Shown piece after piece: positions 49,253 to 61,775 of a stretch of 64,000 bases of DNA. A program made the position numbers and the translations under genes. Numbering within the stretch: position 1 is the first letter of the stretch; every line of letters starts with the position of its first letter. Below the pieces are notes generated by a model. The model was not told where the DNA came from, did not search any database, and saw only the letters and a list, made by a program, of their open reading frames with translations. Where the stretch lies: positions 992,001-1,056,000 of the forward strand of contig NIVC01000012.1 in assembly GCA_002269645.1 (NCBI GenBank), in the 5' to 3' direction. This stretch comes from Macrostomum lignano. Its lineage: Eukaryota.

Positions 49253-50898
49253 TCTCTTAGTGGGCGCCCCTGTCTCTTGTTGGTTGCCCCTGTCTCTTAG
49301 TGGGCGCCCCTGTCTCTTGTTGGTTGCCCCTGTCTCTTAGTGGGCGCCCCTGTCTCTTGTTGGTTGCCCCTGTCTCTTAGTGGGCGCCCCTGTCTCTTGT
49401 TGGTTGCCCCTGTCTCTTAGTGGGCGCCCCTGTCTCTTGTTGGTTGCCCCTGTCTCTTAGTGGGCGCCCCTGTCTCTTGTTGGTTGCGCCTGTCTCTTAG
49501 TGGGTGCCCCCTGTCTCTTGTTGGTTGCCCCTGTCTCTTAGTGGGCGCCCCTGTCTCTTGTTGGTTGCCCCTGTCTCTTAGTGGGCGCCCCTGTCTCTTG
49601 TTGGTTGCGCCTGTCTCTTAGTGGGTGCCCCCTGTCTCTTGTTGGTTGCCCCTGTCTCTTAGTGGGCGCCCCTGTCTCTTGTTGGTTGCCCCTGTCTCTT
49701 AGTGGGCGCCCCTGTCTCTTGTTGGTTGCCCCTGTCTCTTAGTGTGCGCCCCTGTCTCTTGTTGGTTGCGCCTGTCTCTTAGTGGGTGCCCCCGTCTCTT
49801 GTTGGTTGCCCCTGTCTCTTAGTGGGCGCCCCCTGTCTCTTGTTGGTTGCCCCTGTCTCTTGTTGGTTGCCCCTGTCTCTTAGTGGGCGCCCCTGTCTCT
49901 TGGTGGGTGCCCCTGTCTCTTGGTGGGCGCCCCTGTCTCTTGTTGGTTGCCCCTGTCTCTTAGTGGGCGCCCCTGTCTCTTGTTGGTTGCCCCTGTCTCT
50001 TAGTGGGCGCCCCTGTCTCTTGTTGGTTGCCCCTGTCTCTTAGTGGGCGCCCCTGTCTCTTGTTGGTTGCGCCTGTCTCTTAGTGGGTGCCCCCGTCTCT
50101 TGTTGGTTGCCCCTGTCTCTTAGTGGGCGCCCCTGTCTCTTGTTGGTTGCCCCTGTCTCTTAGTGGGCGCCCCTGTCTCTTGGTGGGTGCCCCTGTCTCT
50201 TGGTGGGCGCCCCTGTCTCTTGTTGGTTGCCCCTGTCTCTTAGTGGGCGCCCCTGTCTCTTGTTGGTTGCGCCTGTCTCTTAGTGGGTGCCCCCGTCTCT
50301 TGTTGGTTGCCCCTGTCTCTTAGTGGGCGCCCCCTGTCTCTTGGTGGGCGCCCCTGTCTCTTGTTGGTTGCCCCTGTCTCTTAGTGGGCGCCCCTGTCTC
50401 TTGGTGGGTGCCCCTGTCTCTTGGTGGGCGCCCCTGTCTCTTGTTGGTTGCCCCTGTCTCTTAGTGGGTGCCCCCTGTCTCTTGTTGGTTGCCCCTGTCT
50501 CTTAGTGGGCGCCCGTCTCTTGGTGGGTGCCCTGTCTCTTGGTGGGCGCCCCTGTCTCTTGTTGGTTGCCCCTGTCTCTTAGTGGGCGCCCCTGTCTCTT
50601 GGTGGGTGCCCCTGTCTCTTAGTGGGTGCCCTGTCTCTTGGTGGGTGCCCCTGTCTCTTGTTGGTTGCGCCTGTCTCTTAGTGGGTGCCCCCGTCTCTTG
50701 TTGGTTGCCCCTGTCTCTTAGTGGGCGCCCCTGTCTCTTGGTGGGTGCCCCTGTCTCTTAGTGGGTGCCCCGTCTCTTGGTGGGTGCCCCTGTCTCTTAG
50801 TGGGTGCCCCCGTCTCTTGTTGGTTGCCCCTGTCTCTTAGTGGGCGCCCCTGTCTCTTGGTGGGTGCCCCGTCTCTTAGTGGGTGCCCCTGTCTCTTG
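49253..50898. repeat. 20/40-bp minisatellite (GCCCCTGTCTCTTAGTGGGC / GCCCCTGTCTCTTGTTGGTT)
   Basis: Direct periodicity. Confidence 0.93.
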
Positions 50899-51418
50899 GT
50901 GCGCATCTCTTGGCCTGGATCATCGCGTCTTGAAAAGGATAGTGTTCAGGGAAGGACCAGACAACTGGTTGACGATCTCCTTGGTCGAGGCAAGCAAGCG
51001 ACTAACTACAGTAAGTGCACTGAACTAAATGCAGATGACAGTTCAGTGTGCACAATTATGAATAAACAAATTCATGCAACAGCCAAAACCAGAACCATAA
51101 AACACATGTAGACCGACCGATAAATACACATTTTACAGCATGGGTCCAACACAGCAGCTAAACTCTGATTAAATGCAAATTTATTTTATTCTAATAGTTT
51201 TCTAATAATTTTATTCTAATACAAAAGATTTTAATCCACTGATAAATCAATATACAGTGTAGCTCAACCCATATACTCGCCGATGCATCTCGGTTTCGTT
51301 TTTCCTATCGCTGAGGATGAATATAATTTAGTTTATTGGTTCTAGGAAATTTACTTTAACTGAATTTTAAAGCTAATCTATACATCATGGATTAAAGATA
51401 ATACTGGTTAGAATATTC

Positions 51419-52398
51419 CAGTCCAGATGCTACTGTCTAGTTTCCGCGGTTCCAGTCCAGTTGCTACTGTCTAGTGTCCACGGCCCCAGTCTAGTTGCTA
51501 CTGTCTAGTTTCCACGGCCCCAGTCTAGTTGCTACTGTCTAGTGTCCACGGCCCCAGTCTAGTTGCTACTGTCTAGTTTCCACGGCCCCAGTCTAGTTGC
51601 TACTGTCTAGTGTCCACGGCCCCAGTCTAGATGCTACTGTCTAGTGTCCACGGCCCCAGTCTAGTTGCTACTGTCTAGTGTCCACGGCCCCAGTCTAGTT
51701 GCTACTGTCTAGTTTCCACGGCCCCAGTCTAGTTGCTACTGTCTAGTGTCCACGGCCCCAGTCTAGTTGCTACTGTCTAGTGTCCACGGCCCCAGTCTAG
51801 TTGCTACTGTCTAGTGTCCACGGCCCCAGTCTAGATGCTACTGTCTAGTGTCCACGGCCCCAGTCTAGTTGCTACTGTCTAGTGTCCACGGCCCCAGTCC
51901 AGTTGCTACTGTCTAGTGTCCGCGGTTCCAGTCCAGATGCTACTGTCTAGTGTCCACGGCCCCAGTCCAGATGCTAGTGTCTAGTGTCCACGGCCCCAGT
52001 CTAGTTGCTACTGTCTAGTTTCTGCGGTTCCAGTCCAGTTGCTACTGTCTAGTGTCCACGGCCCCAGTCCAGATGCTGCTGTCTAGTGTCCGGGGTTCCA
52101 GTCCAGATGCTGCTGTCTAGTGTCCACGGCCCCAGTCCAGATGCTAGTGTCTAGTGTCCACGGCCCCAGTCCAGATGCTACTGTCTAGTGTCCGCGGTTC
52201 CAGTCCAGTTGCTACTGTCTAGTGTCCGAGGTTCCAGTCCAGTTGCTACTGTCTAGTTTCCGCGGTTCCAGTCCAGTTGCTACTGTCTAGTGTCCGAGGT
52301 TCCAGTCCAGTTGCTACTGTCTAGTGTCCGCGGTTCCAGTCCAGATGCTGCTGTCTAGTGTCCGGGGTTCCAGTCCAGATGCTGCTGTCTAGCGTCCA
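51419..52398. repeat. ~37-bp minisatellite (CCAGTCTAGTTGCTACTGTCTAGTGTCCACGGCC...)
   Basis: Direct periodicity. Confidence 0.92.
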
Positions 52399-52675
52399 CG
52401 GATTTTAATTATTAATTTTTAATCCAAAAATTTCGTGTAGACTGTAGTTAATGACAATAAAAAAGCCGAGAAAAGACGGTATGCATGGATATAAAATAGA
52501 GGCATGGCAACTAACAATTAAGCTAGGTAAGTTATTTTTCAGATTTATTTTATTTATGCATACTTTTTCATCATGTTCCTCACAAAGATTGTTAAGACTT
52601 TGGATAAATTATTGTTTGTTTAGATTGATTGACAGATATGCATGTAGGAGATGAGATAAATTGGGATATGAAATG

Positions 52676-52930
52676 GGGATATTTAAGAAACGAGGAGATT
52701 TGAGAAATGGGGAGATATAAGAAATGAGGATATTTGAGAAATGGGGAGATTTAAGAAATGGTGAGATTTAAGAAATGAGGAGACTTGAGAAATGGGGAGA
52801 TTTAAGAAATGGTGAGATTTAAGAAATGAGGAGATTTGAGAAATGGGGATATTTAAGAAATGGGGAGATTTAAGAAATGGGGATACTTGTGTGAAATGAG
52901 GAGATTTAGGGACTGGGAAATGGGAGAAAT
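52676..52930. repeat. ~21-bp degenerate repeat (GAGATTTAAGAAATGGG...)
   Basis: Direct periodicity. Confidence 0.8.
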
Positions 52931-53010
52931 ACGAAAAGATACGAGATGAGATATGTCTGAGGACAGCGCATAATCAGGCATGGTAATCATAAGACCCTAG
53001 CGCACTGTCA

Positions 53011-56000
53011 TCAGGCTGCACCTGCTAAGCGGCCGCCGCCCTCCCTGGCCGCCACAGCGGCTCGCATGCGGCCAAACCAGGGCCTCAGCTTCGGACAGTT
53101 GTCCATAGCGTCCGAGAACGCGGCGGTGCCCTCCATGGCCGTGAGCACGCCGTACATGGACAGGTCGCTCAAGTCGGGCCGGTCGCCGCCGCGAAAGCGA
53201 CGCTTGCCGACGCCGTTAAGTAAGAAAGCGTCGAGCTCGTTGTAAAGCGACTTGCGCACGTCGCGATGGAGATTGTATTTGGAGCGCAGGCGCATGGATA
53301 CCAACCGCATCACGGCCGCGCCTGAGGGGTGGAGATGACGGATGCTTTATTTATATTAGGGCTAGGAAGCTGTAAGTTCGGGGTCGGAAGCTAAAATCTA
53401 ACAAAGTGGAAGCTGGAATCTCCGGATTGGAAGCTGGAATCTCGGAATGGAAGCTGGAATCTCATGCTTGGAAGCTGGAATCTCGGGATGGAAGCTAGAA
53501 TCTTTGGGGTGGAAGCTGGAATCTCAGAGTGGATGCTGGAATCTTAGAGTGGAAGCTAAATCTCGGGGTGGAAGCTGGAATCTCTGGGGTGGAAGCTGGA
53601 ATCTCTGGGGTGGAAGCTGAATCTCGGTGGTGGAAGCTGGAATCTCTGGGGTGGAAGCTGAAATCTCGGGGTGGAAGCTGGAATCTCAGAGTGGATGCTG
53701 GAATCTTAGAGTGGAAGCTAAATCTCGGGGTGGAAGCTGGAATCTCTGGGGTGGAAGCTGAATCTCAGGGTGGAAGCTAAATCTCGGGGTGGAAGCTGGA
53801 ATCTCTGGGGTGGAACTTGGAATCTCAGGGGTGGAAGGTGGAATCTCGGGGTGGAACTTGGAATCTCAGGGGTGGAAGCTGGAATCTCTGGGGTGGAACC
53901 TGGAATCTGGGGGTGGAAGCTACCAAGAAAAGCTACTGAAGAGGACTGTCAAACGGTAGGCAGCTAAGCTCACCAGTATAGATCACCAGAGCTCGCTCCG
54001 CAGGTGTGAAGCATTTCTCCCAATCGCCTGCCTTGTCAAACCAGCGAAAGCTGTCCAGAGCCTCCGGCAGGGTGCGGTAGATGTTGGGCGAGATGGTGTG
54101 CACGAACACATCGTCTACCCATTGCCGCCACTTCTGCTCTTCGCGTAGCTTCGACTCATCAAGTTTCTGACCCGGCTGCATGACGAAATACCTGCAGCGG
54201 CGTGAGGGTGACATGTCAAATTTCTAGTAACTCTCACCTGTCTGCTATCTACTCTCACCTGTCTGCTATCTACCCTGTCTGCTATCTACTTTTCTAACCT
54301 GTCTGCGATCTACTTCTCTACCCTGACTGCTATCTACTTCTCTACCCTGTCTTCTATCTACTTCTCTACCCTGTCTGCTATTTACTTTCTCTCCCCTGTC
54401 TGCTATCTACTTTCTCTCCCCTGTCTGCTATCTATCTACTTCTCTACCCTGTCTGCTATCTACTTCTCTACCCTGTCTGCTATCTACTTCTCTACCCTGT
54501 CTGCTATCTATTTTTCTCTACCCTGTCTGCTATCTATCTACTTCTCTACCCTGTCTGCTATCTAATTCTCTCCCCTGTCTGCTATCTACTTTCTCTCCCC
54601 TGTCTGCTATCTACTTTCTCTCCCCTGTCTGCTATCTACTTTCTCTCCCCTGTCTGCTATCTACTTCTCTACCATGCCTGCTATCTAATTCTCTCCCCTG
54701 TCTGCTATCTACTTTCTCTTCCCTGTCTGCTATCTACTTTCTCTACCCTGTCTGCTATCTACTTCTCTACCCTGTCTGCTATCTACCCTGTCTGCTATCT
54801 ACCCTGTCTGCTATCTACTTCTCTACCCTGTCTGATATCTACTTCTCTCCCCTGTCTGCTATCTACCCTGTCTGCTATCTACCCTGTCTGCTATCTACTT
54901 CTCTACCCTGTCTGCTATCTACTTCTCTCCCCTGTCTGCTATCTATTTCTCTACCCTGTCTGCTATCTACTTCTCTCCCCTGTCTGCTATCTACTTCTCT
55001 ACCCTGTCTGCTATCTACCCTGTCTGCTATCTACCCTGTCTGCTATCTACTTCTCTACCCTGTCTGCTATCTACCCTGTCTGCTATCTACCCTGTCTGCT
55101 ATCTACTTCTCTACCCTGTCTGCTATCTACCCTGTCTGCTATCTACCCTGTCTGCTATCTACCCTGTCTGCTATCAACTTCTCTACCCTGTCCGCTATCT
55201 ACCCTGTCTGCTATCTACCCTGTCTGCTATCTACCCTGTCTGCTATCTACCCTGTCTGCTATCAACTTCTCTACCCTGTCTGCTATCTAATTCTCTCCCC
55301 TGTCTGCTATCTACTTTCTTTCCCTGGTCTGCTATCTACTTCTCTACCGTGTCTGCTATCTACTTCTCTACCGTGTCTGCTATCTACTTCTCTACCGTGT
55401 CTGCTATCTACTTTCTCTACAACGTCTACCATTTACTTTTTATCCCCTTCCTTCTCCCCCAACTAAACGGGTAGAGGCCTAACAAAAAACTGGGTAGGCC
55501 CCTATTAAAATGACTCACCGATTAGGATAAGTCAGCTTGCCGCCTTCTTCGCCCACTATGCCGGGATAGCACAGCCGCAGCTGGGCCAGCGACTGGCTTG
55601 GATCGCGAATCCGACTTTCCAGAGCGCTCATGATTACAGATGAGTCTTTGAGCACCACCTGCATAGTTGAGGAAAGCCAGACAAAAAAATTGAGACTTCG
55701 AATATAAACTCAAGCTTAGAAATGACCGCCTGATCCCCAATTATTTAGCGCCAACTGACACCCAATAAACTGGCGCCAACTGACACTCAATAAACTGGCG
55801 CCAACTGACACCCAATAAACTGGCGCCAACTGACACCCAATAAACTGGCGCCAACTGACACCCAATAAACTGGGGCCAACTGACACCCAATAAACTGGCG
55901 CCAACTGACACCCAATAAACTGGTGCCAACTGACACCCAATAAACTGGCGCCAACTGACACCCAATAAACTGGTGCCAACTGACACCCAATAAACTGGCG

Positions 56001-56651
56001 CCAACTGACACCCAATAAACTGGTGCCAACTGACACCCAATAAACTGGTGCCAACTGACCCAATAAACTGGCGCCAACTGACACCCAATAAACTGGTGCC
56101 AACTGACACCCAATAAACTGGTGCCAACTGACACCCAATAAACTGGCGCCAACTGACACCCAATAAACTGGCGCCAACTGACACACAATAAACTGGCGCC
56201 ATCTGACACCCGAAACTGGCGCCAACTGGCACACAAAATTGGCGCCAGGAGAACAAGAAAACAAAGACTCAAAACGCAGCGCACGAACCTCATCCCCGCC
56301 AGCCGGAGAGTTCGCGGGTGCCGCGTACAACACCGGAACCTTCCGATAGTCGGTCATCCAACGAATCTGCTGTCTGGACACGGAGTTCACTTCCACAATA
56401 TTGTAGGCCAGACCGCTATAGTCTAAATAAGCGCGCACTTTGCAGCAGAACGGACAGGTCTGATACTGGAACAGGGTCAATTGAAGGTCTTTGTCCAGAC
56501 TGCGCCCGGAAATTTGGCGAATCGGCTGGCGAGCCCAGTGAGACGGTGGCAGCGGCTCGCCTGAGGTGAGGCTGCGGTACCACACAGCCAGGCCGGCCGC
56601 CGAGGCGGTCGCCGTGGCGCCCGTGCCCAACAGGAGGGTCTTGAGCCAGCC
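53011..56651 (-). CDS. PTGES2: Prostaglandin E synthase 2 (mPGES-2); exons 56651-56289, 55658-55519, 54191-53974, 53321-53011; 5' exon with the start codon not located
   Basis: LTLFQYQTCPFCCKVRAYLDY, EVNSV, YRKVPVL, LKDSSVIMSAL, EEQKWRQWVDDVFVHTISPNIYRTLPEALDSF, FRGGDRPDLSDLSMYGVL. GT-AG junctions with consistent phases 0, 2, 1. Confidence 0.92.
53406..53920. repeat. Intronic minisatellite (GGAAGCTGGAATCTC...)
   Basis: Fills the PTGES2 intron between 53321 and 53974. Confidence 0.88.
54230..55420. repeat. Intronic minisatellite (CTACCCTGTCTGCTATCTACTTCT)
   Basis: Fills the PTGES2 intron between 54191 and 55519. Confidence 0.92.
55746..56235. repeat. Intronic 25-bp minisatellite (GGCGCCAACTGACACCCAATAAACT)
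   Basis: Fills the PTGES2 intron between 55658 and 56289. Confidence 0.92.
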
Positions 56652-56744
56652 CTGTAGATGCGGGAATAGTAACGCTTTAATTAAATAGCACATTTAAATT
56701 AAATTAAATTAAATTAAATTAAATTAGGAGATTACCAAAAAACC

Positions 56745-57305
56745 TATTTACGCTACATATCGGTATCCGTAAAACTAAAAAGATTTTCTTTATAAAGATA
56801 TACATACGCTACATATCGGTATCTATTTAAAATATACACATTTTCTTCAGAAAGATACATACGATACATATCGGTATCTATTTAAACCAAACAGATTTTC
56901 TTTATAAAGACACATACGCTACATATCGGTATCGATAAAACGAAACATGTTTTTTATAAAGATAAATACGCTACATATCGGTTTCTATAAAAATATACAA
57001 ATTTTCTTTATAAAAATACATACGCTACATATCGGTATCCGTAAAACTAAAAAGATTTTCTTTATAAAGATATACATACGCTACATATCGGTATCTATTT
57101 AAAATATACACATTTTCGTCAGAAAGATACATACGATACATATCGGTAACTATTTAAACAAAACAGATTTTCTTTATAAAGACACATACGCTACATATCG
57201 GTATCCATAAAACGAAACATGTTTTTTTATAAAGATAAATACGCTACATATCGGTATCTATAAAATTAAATAGCGTTTCATGTAAAAATACATACGCTAC
57301 ATTTC
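56745..57305. repeat. ~60-bp degenerate tandem repeat (CATACGCTACATATCGGTATC core)
   Basis: Recurrent core with AT-rich linkers. Confidence 0.85.
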
Positions 57306-58062
57306 GGCTGAATTAAAAGCATTATTGTGGACAAGTAAAGCTAACTCCTTTAAAAGATAAAACAATTTGCATATAAACTAAGAAACACGAGTAGTATTGG
57401 GATGCACTGAACTAATTGGCTCGTGTCTTTTAGACAGAGAGTCCTCTTTTTTCTGTGTATTTTTCTTATGAGTGGAGAGGTATATACTGTATATATCAAC
57501 TCAAAGGCAGTAAGTTCCTCAAACTCTGTTATCTTATCAATATAGGCGGGCACAGCGGAAATGTCTGTCCCCCCCTCCATATTAAGCATGCAACGCAAAC
57601 AAGGAAAACACACATGCGGCAAATAAAAGAGAAATATGAGAAGGTTGGAGTTCATAGCAAAAGGAAAAAATGCTTCTGGGTCTTGGCATTTAGTTGCGCT
57701 TTCCTATCATACTACTAGCAATTTAGCAACAGTAAATAAGAGAGGAACATTAATTATGAAATGAGAAAAACCCTACATAAAATTTTGGCTCTGTAAAGTC
57801 TTCTACGCTACATATCGGCCGGTAATCAATTTCTCGTAATAAATAATGGGAGCCTAGGTAATATTGATACTGCAAACAAAGATTTAAATTAGTTTTTCTT
57901 AGTTCGAAATCTACAGCTTAAAATGGGTTAATCCTACTAGATTATATGAAATAATTTTAAGTCGAAAAGATCAGTCTTTTATTCACTACTTACTAAGTAG
58001 CTTGAAAGCATATTATTTGACTAAATTTAAATAAATAACGAGAAAACCCCATTATTGAGAAT

Positions 58063-59101
58063 TCATCTGCCAACTTTTCCCAATCGTTCGTCAGTCTTCG
58101 GGTCGGCTGTGATGGCTTGCACTTGCACAATGGCGTGATTGATCTGGGTCTGCAGGGTGCGCAAGTCCGCCAGATACAACAGGCGCAAAATGCGCGCCAA
58201 TTCGGCGCCGGCACGCGATCCGGGCGCCGTGTCGAAACCGATCGGCACTTCGTCGAGGCGAATTTTTTCTACTCTAACTTTGCCGGCTTCGTCGCGAGCG
58301 CGCGAGATCGACTCGGGACTGAGGCGCTGGGCTATGAGCAGGCAGCAGGCCTTGAGCACCTCCTTGTGGTCGGGGTGGTGCGGGACCTGTGGGGATTAAG
58401 GAGGGGGGGGGGGAGAATTGACTTCAACAGGTTATTCAGGGTCTCAGACTGTTATTGCTCTGCATAAGCCTGACTGCTACATTGCTAACTAGCAAATTCA
58501 CCAACACTAACAATCTGCCTACTTACTGCCTACTAATCTATTTACTCATTTACCTACAGAAAAATCTACCAACCAACCAACCAACCAAGCAACCAATTCA
58601 TCAAACCTACTAATCAACATACCACAAATTACCTCCCTACCTACTCGACTACTCACCCAGCCACCCAACTACCAGCCTACCTACCTTGAGCAGAGTCGCC
58701 AGCTCCTGTACCCCCCGTTTAAAATCGTCGGCCTCAAAGTCCAGCCTGTCCAGAGGATTCCGAACCGCAGCGGCAGTTGAATCGGCCGCCTGTTTAAACG
58801 TGTCACCAAACTGCAGACTGACAGCTCGACTGAGCAGCCATTCAATCACGGAGCCGCGATCATTCTCAGCCTCCGTGCCGAGCAGGGGGCACCGGATATC
58901 GGCCAGGTAGGTCCGCAGTGCCTCCGGCCAAGCAGCCGCATTGACGTCGAGCAGTTTGGCGCGGTCGGCCGCGGCGTAGTGCCGAATGCGCTGCTCCTCC
59001 AGCCAAGCCACCAGGCCGCGGAACGCAGACTCGTCTGACGGGCCGAATGTCTCGCAGCCAGGATAGGCCAGGGCGGTCAGCTTGGCGTGGAACTGGCGCA
59101 T
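58063..59101 (-). CDS. RTRAF: RNA transcription, translation and transport factor (RTRAF/C14orf166/CGI-99 homolog); exons 59101-58685, 58386-58063 (246 aa)
   Basis: N-terminus [11 protein letters not shown]; [13 protein letters not shown]; C-terminus [33 protein letters not shown]; phase-0 GT-AG intron. Confidence 0.9.
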
Positions 59102-59154
59102 GGAGAGGGCTGCGGTTGGCGGGATGGCGCTTCGTCTGACAGAATCTGCATGCC

Positions 59155-59185
<31 letters not shown>

Positions 59186-59186
59186 G

Positions 59187-59249
<63 letters not shown>

Positions 59250-59250
59250 G

Positions 59251-59317
<67 letters not shown>

Positions 59318-59342
59318 GTGTCTGTCTTTAGTATCTGTCTGC

Positions 59343-59422
<80 letters not shown>

Positions 59423-59567
59423 TTGTCTGTATGTGTCTGTCTGCCTGTCTGTCTTTAGTATCTGTCTGCCTGTTTGTCTGCCTGTCTGTCTGTGTGTCTG
59501 TCTTTCTTAGTGTCTGTCTGCCTGTCTGTCTGTCTGTCTGTCTGTGTGTCTGTATGTCTTGTCTGTG
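59155..59567. repeat. (CTGT)n microsatellite
   Basis: Read directly. Confidence 0.95.
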
Positions 59568-60145
59568 AAGTCAGTCGCTAAAATACAAACGCGCTTTTAT
59601 ATTACTGCAATACGATAGCTACTTAGACAGTTATAGAGCTAAGGAAAAATGCTAGTAATTAACATATTTATTAGCAAAAGCAATTAAAACAAACCGACGT
59701 TATACAAGAGCTGCATGGGTTCAATGCAACGTGCTATCGTATGAGTTAGTCGTCAGAGTTGATTTATTTATCAATAATTTGAATCGATGAAATGCAGCTA
59801 AGGCAATCTATAATTTCTTCAGCTACATAGAACTGCTATAAGAACTGCTACATAACATACTACTTCAAGTGGGGATGCTAGGATAATAAAAATGCTCGGG
59901 ACACGAGGGGCAGCTTGACGGATGGATGGTAAGGGACGATACGATATAAGCTTTAAATCCTTTAAAAACTGAATAAATAAAACTTGCGAGCTAATTCAAT
60001 TGATGAAGTGCTGTAACACAAAAAATATAACTAACTAAAGACTTGAGCTAGTTTGATGTGGATGACAAAATAGACAAAAATAGTATTTAGTTATAACTGA
60101 CGATTGAAAATTGACACATGGAAAAACTAGGAACCGGTGAGATCC

Positions 60146-61375
60146 GGGAGGCTGGCCCAGCAACTGAGGATCTGGGAGGCTGGCCCAGCAACTGAGGATC
60201 TGGGAGTCTGGCCCAGCAACTGAGGATCTGGGAGGCAGGTGGCCCAGTAACTGAGGATCTGGGAGGCTGGCCCAGCAACTGAGGATCTGGGAGTCTGGCC
60301 CAGCAACTGAGGATCTGGGAGGCAGGTGGCCCAGTAACTGAGGATCTGGGAGGCTGGCCCAACAACTGAGGATCTGGGAGGCTGGCCCAGCAACTGAGGA
60401 TCTGGGAGGCAGGTGGCCCAGTAACTGAGGATCTGGGAGGCTGGCCCAGCAACTGAGGATCTGAGAGGCTGGCCTAGCAACTGAGGATCTGGGAGTCTGG
60501 CCCAGCAACTGAGGATCTGGGAGGCTGGCCTAGCAACTGACACTCTGGGAGGCTGGCCCAGCAACTGACACTCTGGGAGGCTGGTGGCCCAGCAACTGAG
60601 GATCTGGGAGGCTGGTGGCCTAGCAACTGAGGATCTGGGAGGCTGGCCCAGCAACTAAGGGTCCGGGAGGCTGGCCCAGCAACTGAGGATCTGGGAGGCT
60701 GGTGGCCCAGCAACTGAGTATCTGGGAGGCTGGCCTAGCAACTGAGGATCAGGGAGGCTGGCCCAGTAACTGACACTCTGGGAGGCTGGTGGCCCAGCAA
60801 CTGAGGATCTGGGAGGCTGGTGGCCTAGCAACTGAGGATCTGGGAGGCTGGCCCAGTAACTAGGGATCTGGGAGGCTGGCCCAGCAACTGAGGATCTTGG
60901 AGGCTGGCCCAGTAGCTGACACTCTGGGAGGCTATTGGCCCAGCAACTGAGGATCTGGGAGGCTGGTGGCCTAGCAACTGAGGATCTAGGAGGCTGGCCC
61001 AGTAACTAAGGATCAGGGAGGCTGGCCCAGCAACTGACACTCTGGGAGGCTGGCCCAGTAACTGACACTCTGGGAGGCTGGTGGCCCAGCAACTGACACT
61101 CTGGAAGGCTGGCCCAGCAACTGACACTCTGGGAGGCTGGCCTAGCAACTGAGGATCTGGGAGGCTGGCCCAGCAACTGAGGATCAGGGAGGCTGGCCCA
61201 GTAACTGACACTCTGGGAGGCTGGTGGCCCAGCAACTGAGGATCTGGGAGGCTGGCCCAGTAACTGACACTCTGGGAGGCTGGCCCAGCAACCGACACTC
61301 TGGGAGGCTGGCCCAGCAACCGACACTCTGGGAGGCTGGCCCAGTAACTGACACTCTGGGAGGCTGACCCAGCAA
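60146..61375. repeat. ~28-bp minisatellite (GGGAGGCTGGCCCAGCAACTGAGGATCT)
   Basis: Direct periodicity. Confidence 0.93.
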
Positions 61376-61448
61376 CACAACGTTTTCCAATAAGTCTTCC
61401 AAACCCAATAGCCCAGTGTTGATAGGTCGGTCAGTGCGCACACGCTGC

Positions 61449-61712
61449 TCAGATATTGAACCCCAGATTCCGCAGGCAGAGCTTGTGCGCCTCAATCAAG
61501 TCGGTGCACTGGTCCTCGCCCTTGGCCATGATGCACTGGTCGCGCAATTTGCGAGTGTCCGGACAGGCGCAGCAGGGCTTCAGTTTGTTGCCATTGGCGT
61601 CAACTGGCACTTTGTCAGCCATCTGGGCTCGCTTGTCCTTCAGGGTGCAGCCGCTAGCTTGGCTGCCACCGCTTGCTGCGGAGGCAGCCATTGATGAGTT
61701 GTTGCTGTTCAT
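61449..61712 (-). CDS. COX17: Cytochrome c oxidase copper chaperone COX17
   Basis: [45 protein letters not shown] (CCxC plus twin CX9C). Confidence 0.93.
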   Translation of the reverse strand: MNSNNSSMAASAASGGSQASGCTLKDKRAQMADKVPVDANGNKLKPCCACPDTRKLRDQCIMAKGEDQCTDLIEAHKLCLRNLGFNI

Positions 61713-61775
61713 TTTGCTTGGTTTCTCGCTTTTGCTGGAATAAGTGTTTCACTCTGATGATGTCACTTTTGGATT

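Noticed and set aside
50900-51010. Possible plus-strand exon ending at ACTACA|GTAAGT
   Set aside because: No recognisable homology, no clear acceptor and no partner exons.
47236-52398. CRISPR-like arrays
   Set aside because: Units are contiguous near-identical repeats without unique spacers, no cas genes are present, and the context is eukaryotic.
55716-56288. Repetitive C-terminal half of the 325-aa ORF as part of PTGES2
   Set aside because: Read-through into an intron; a GT donor at 56288 and the next exon at 55658 restore mPGES-2 homology.
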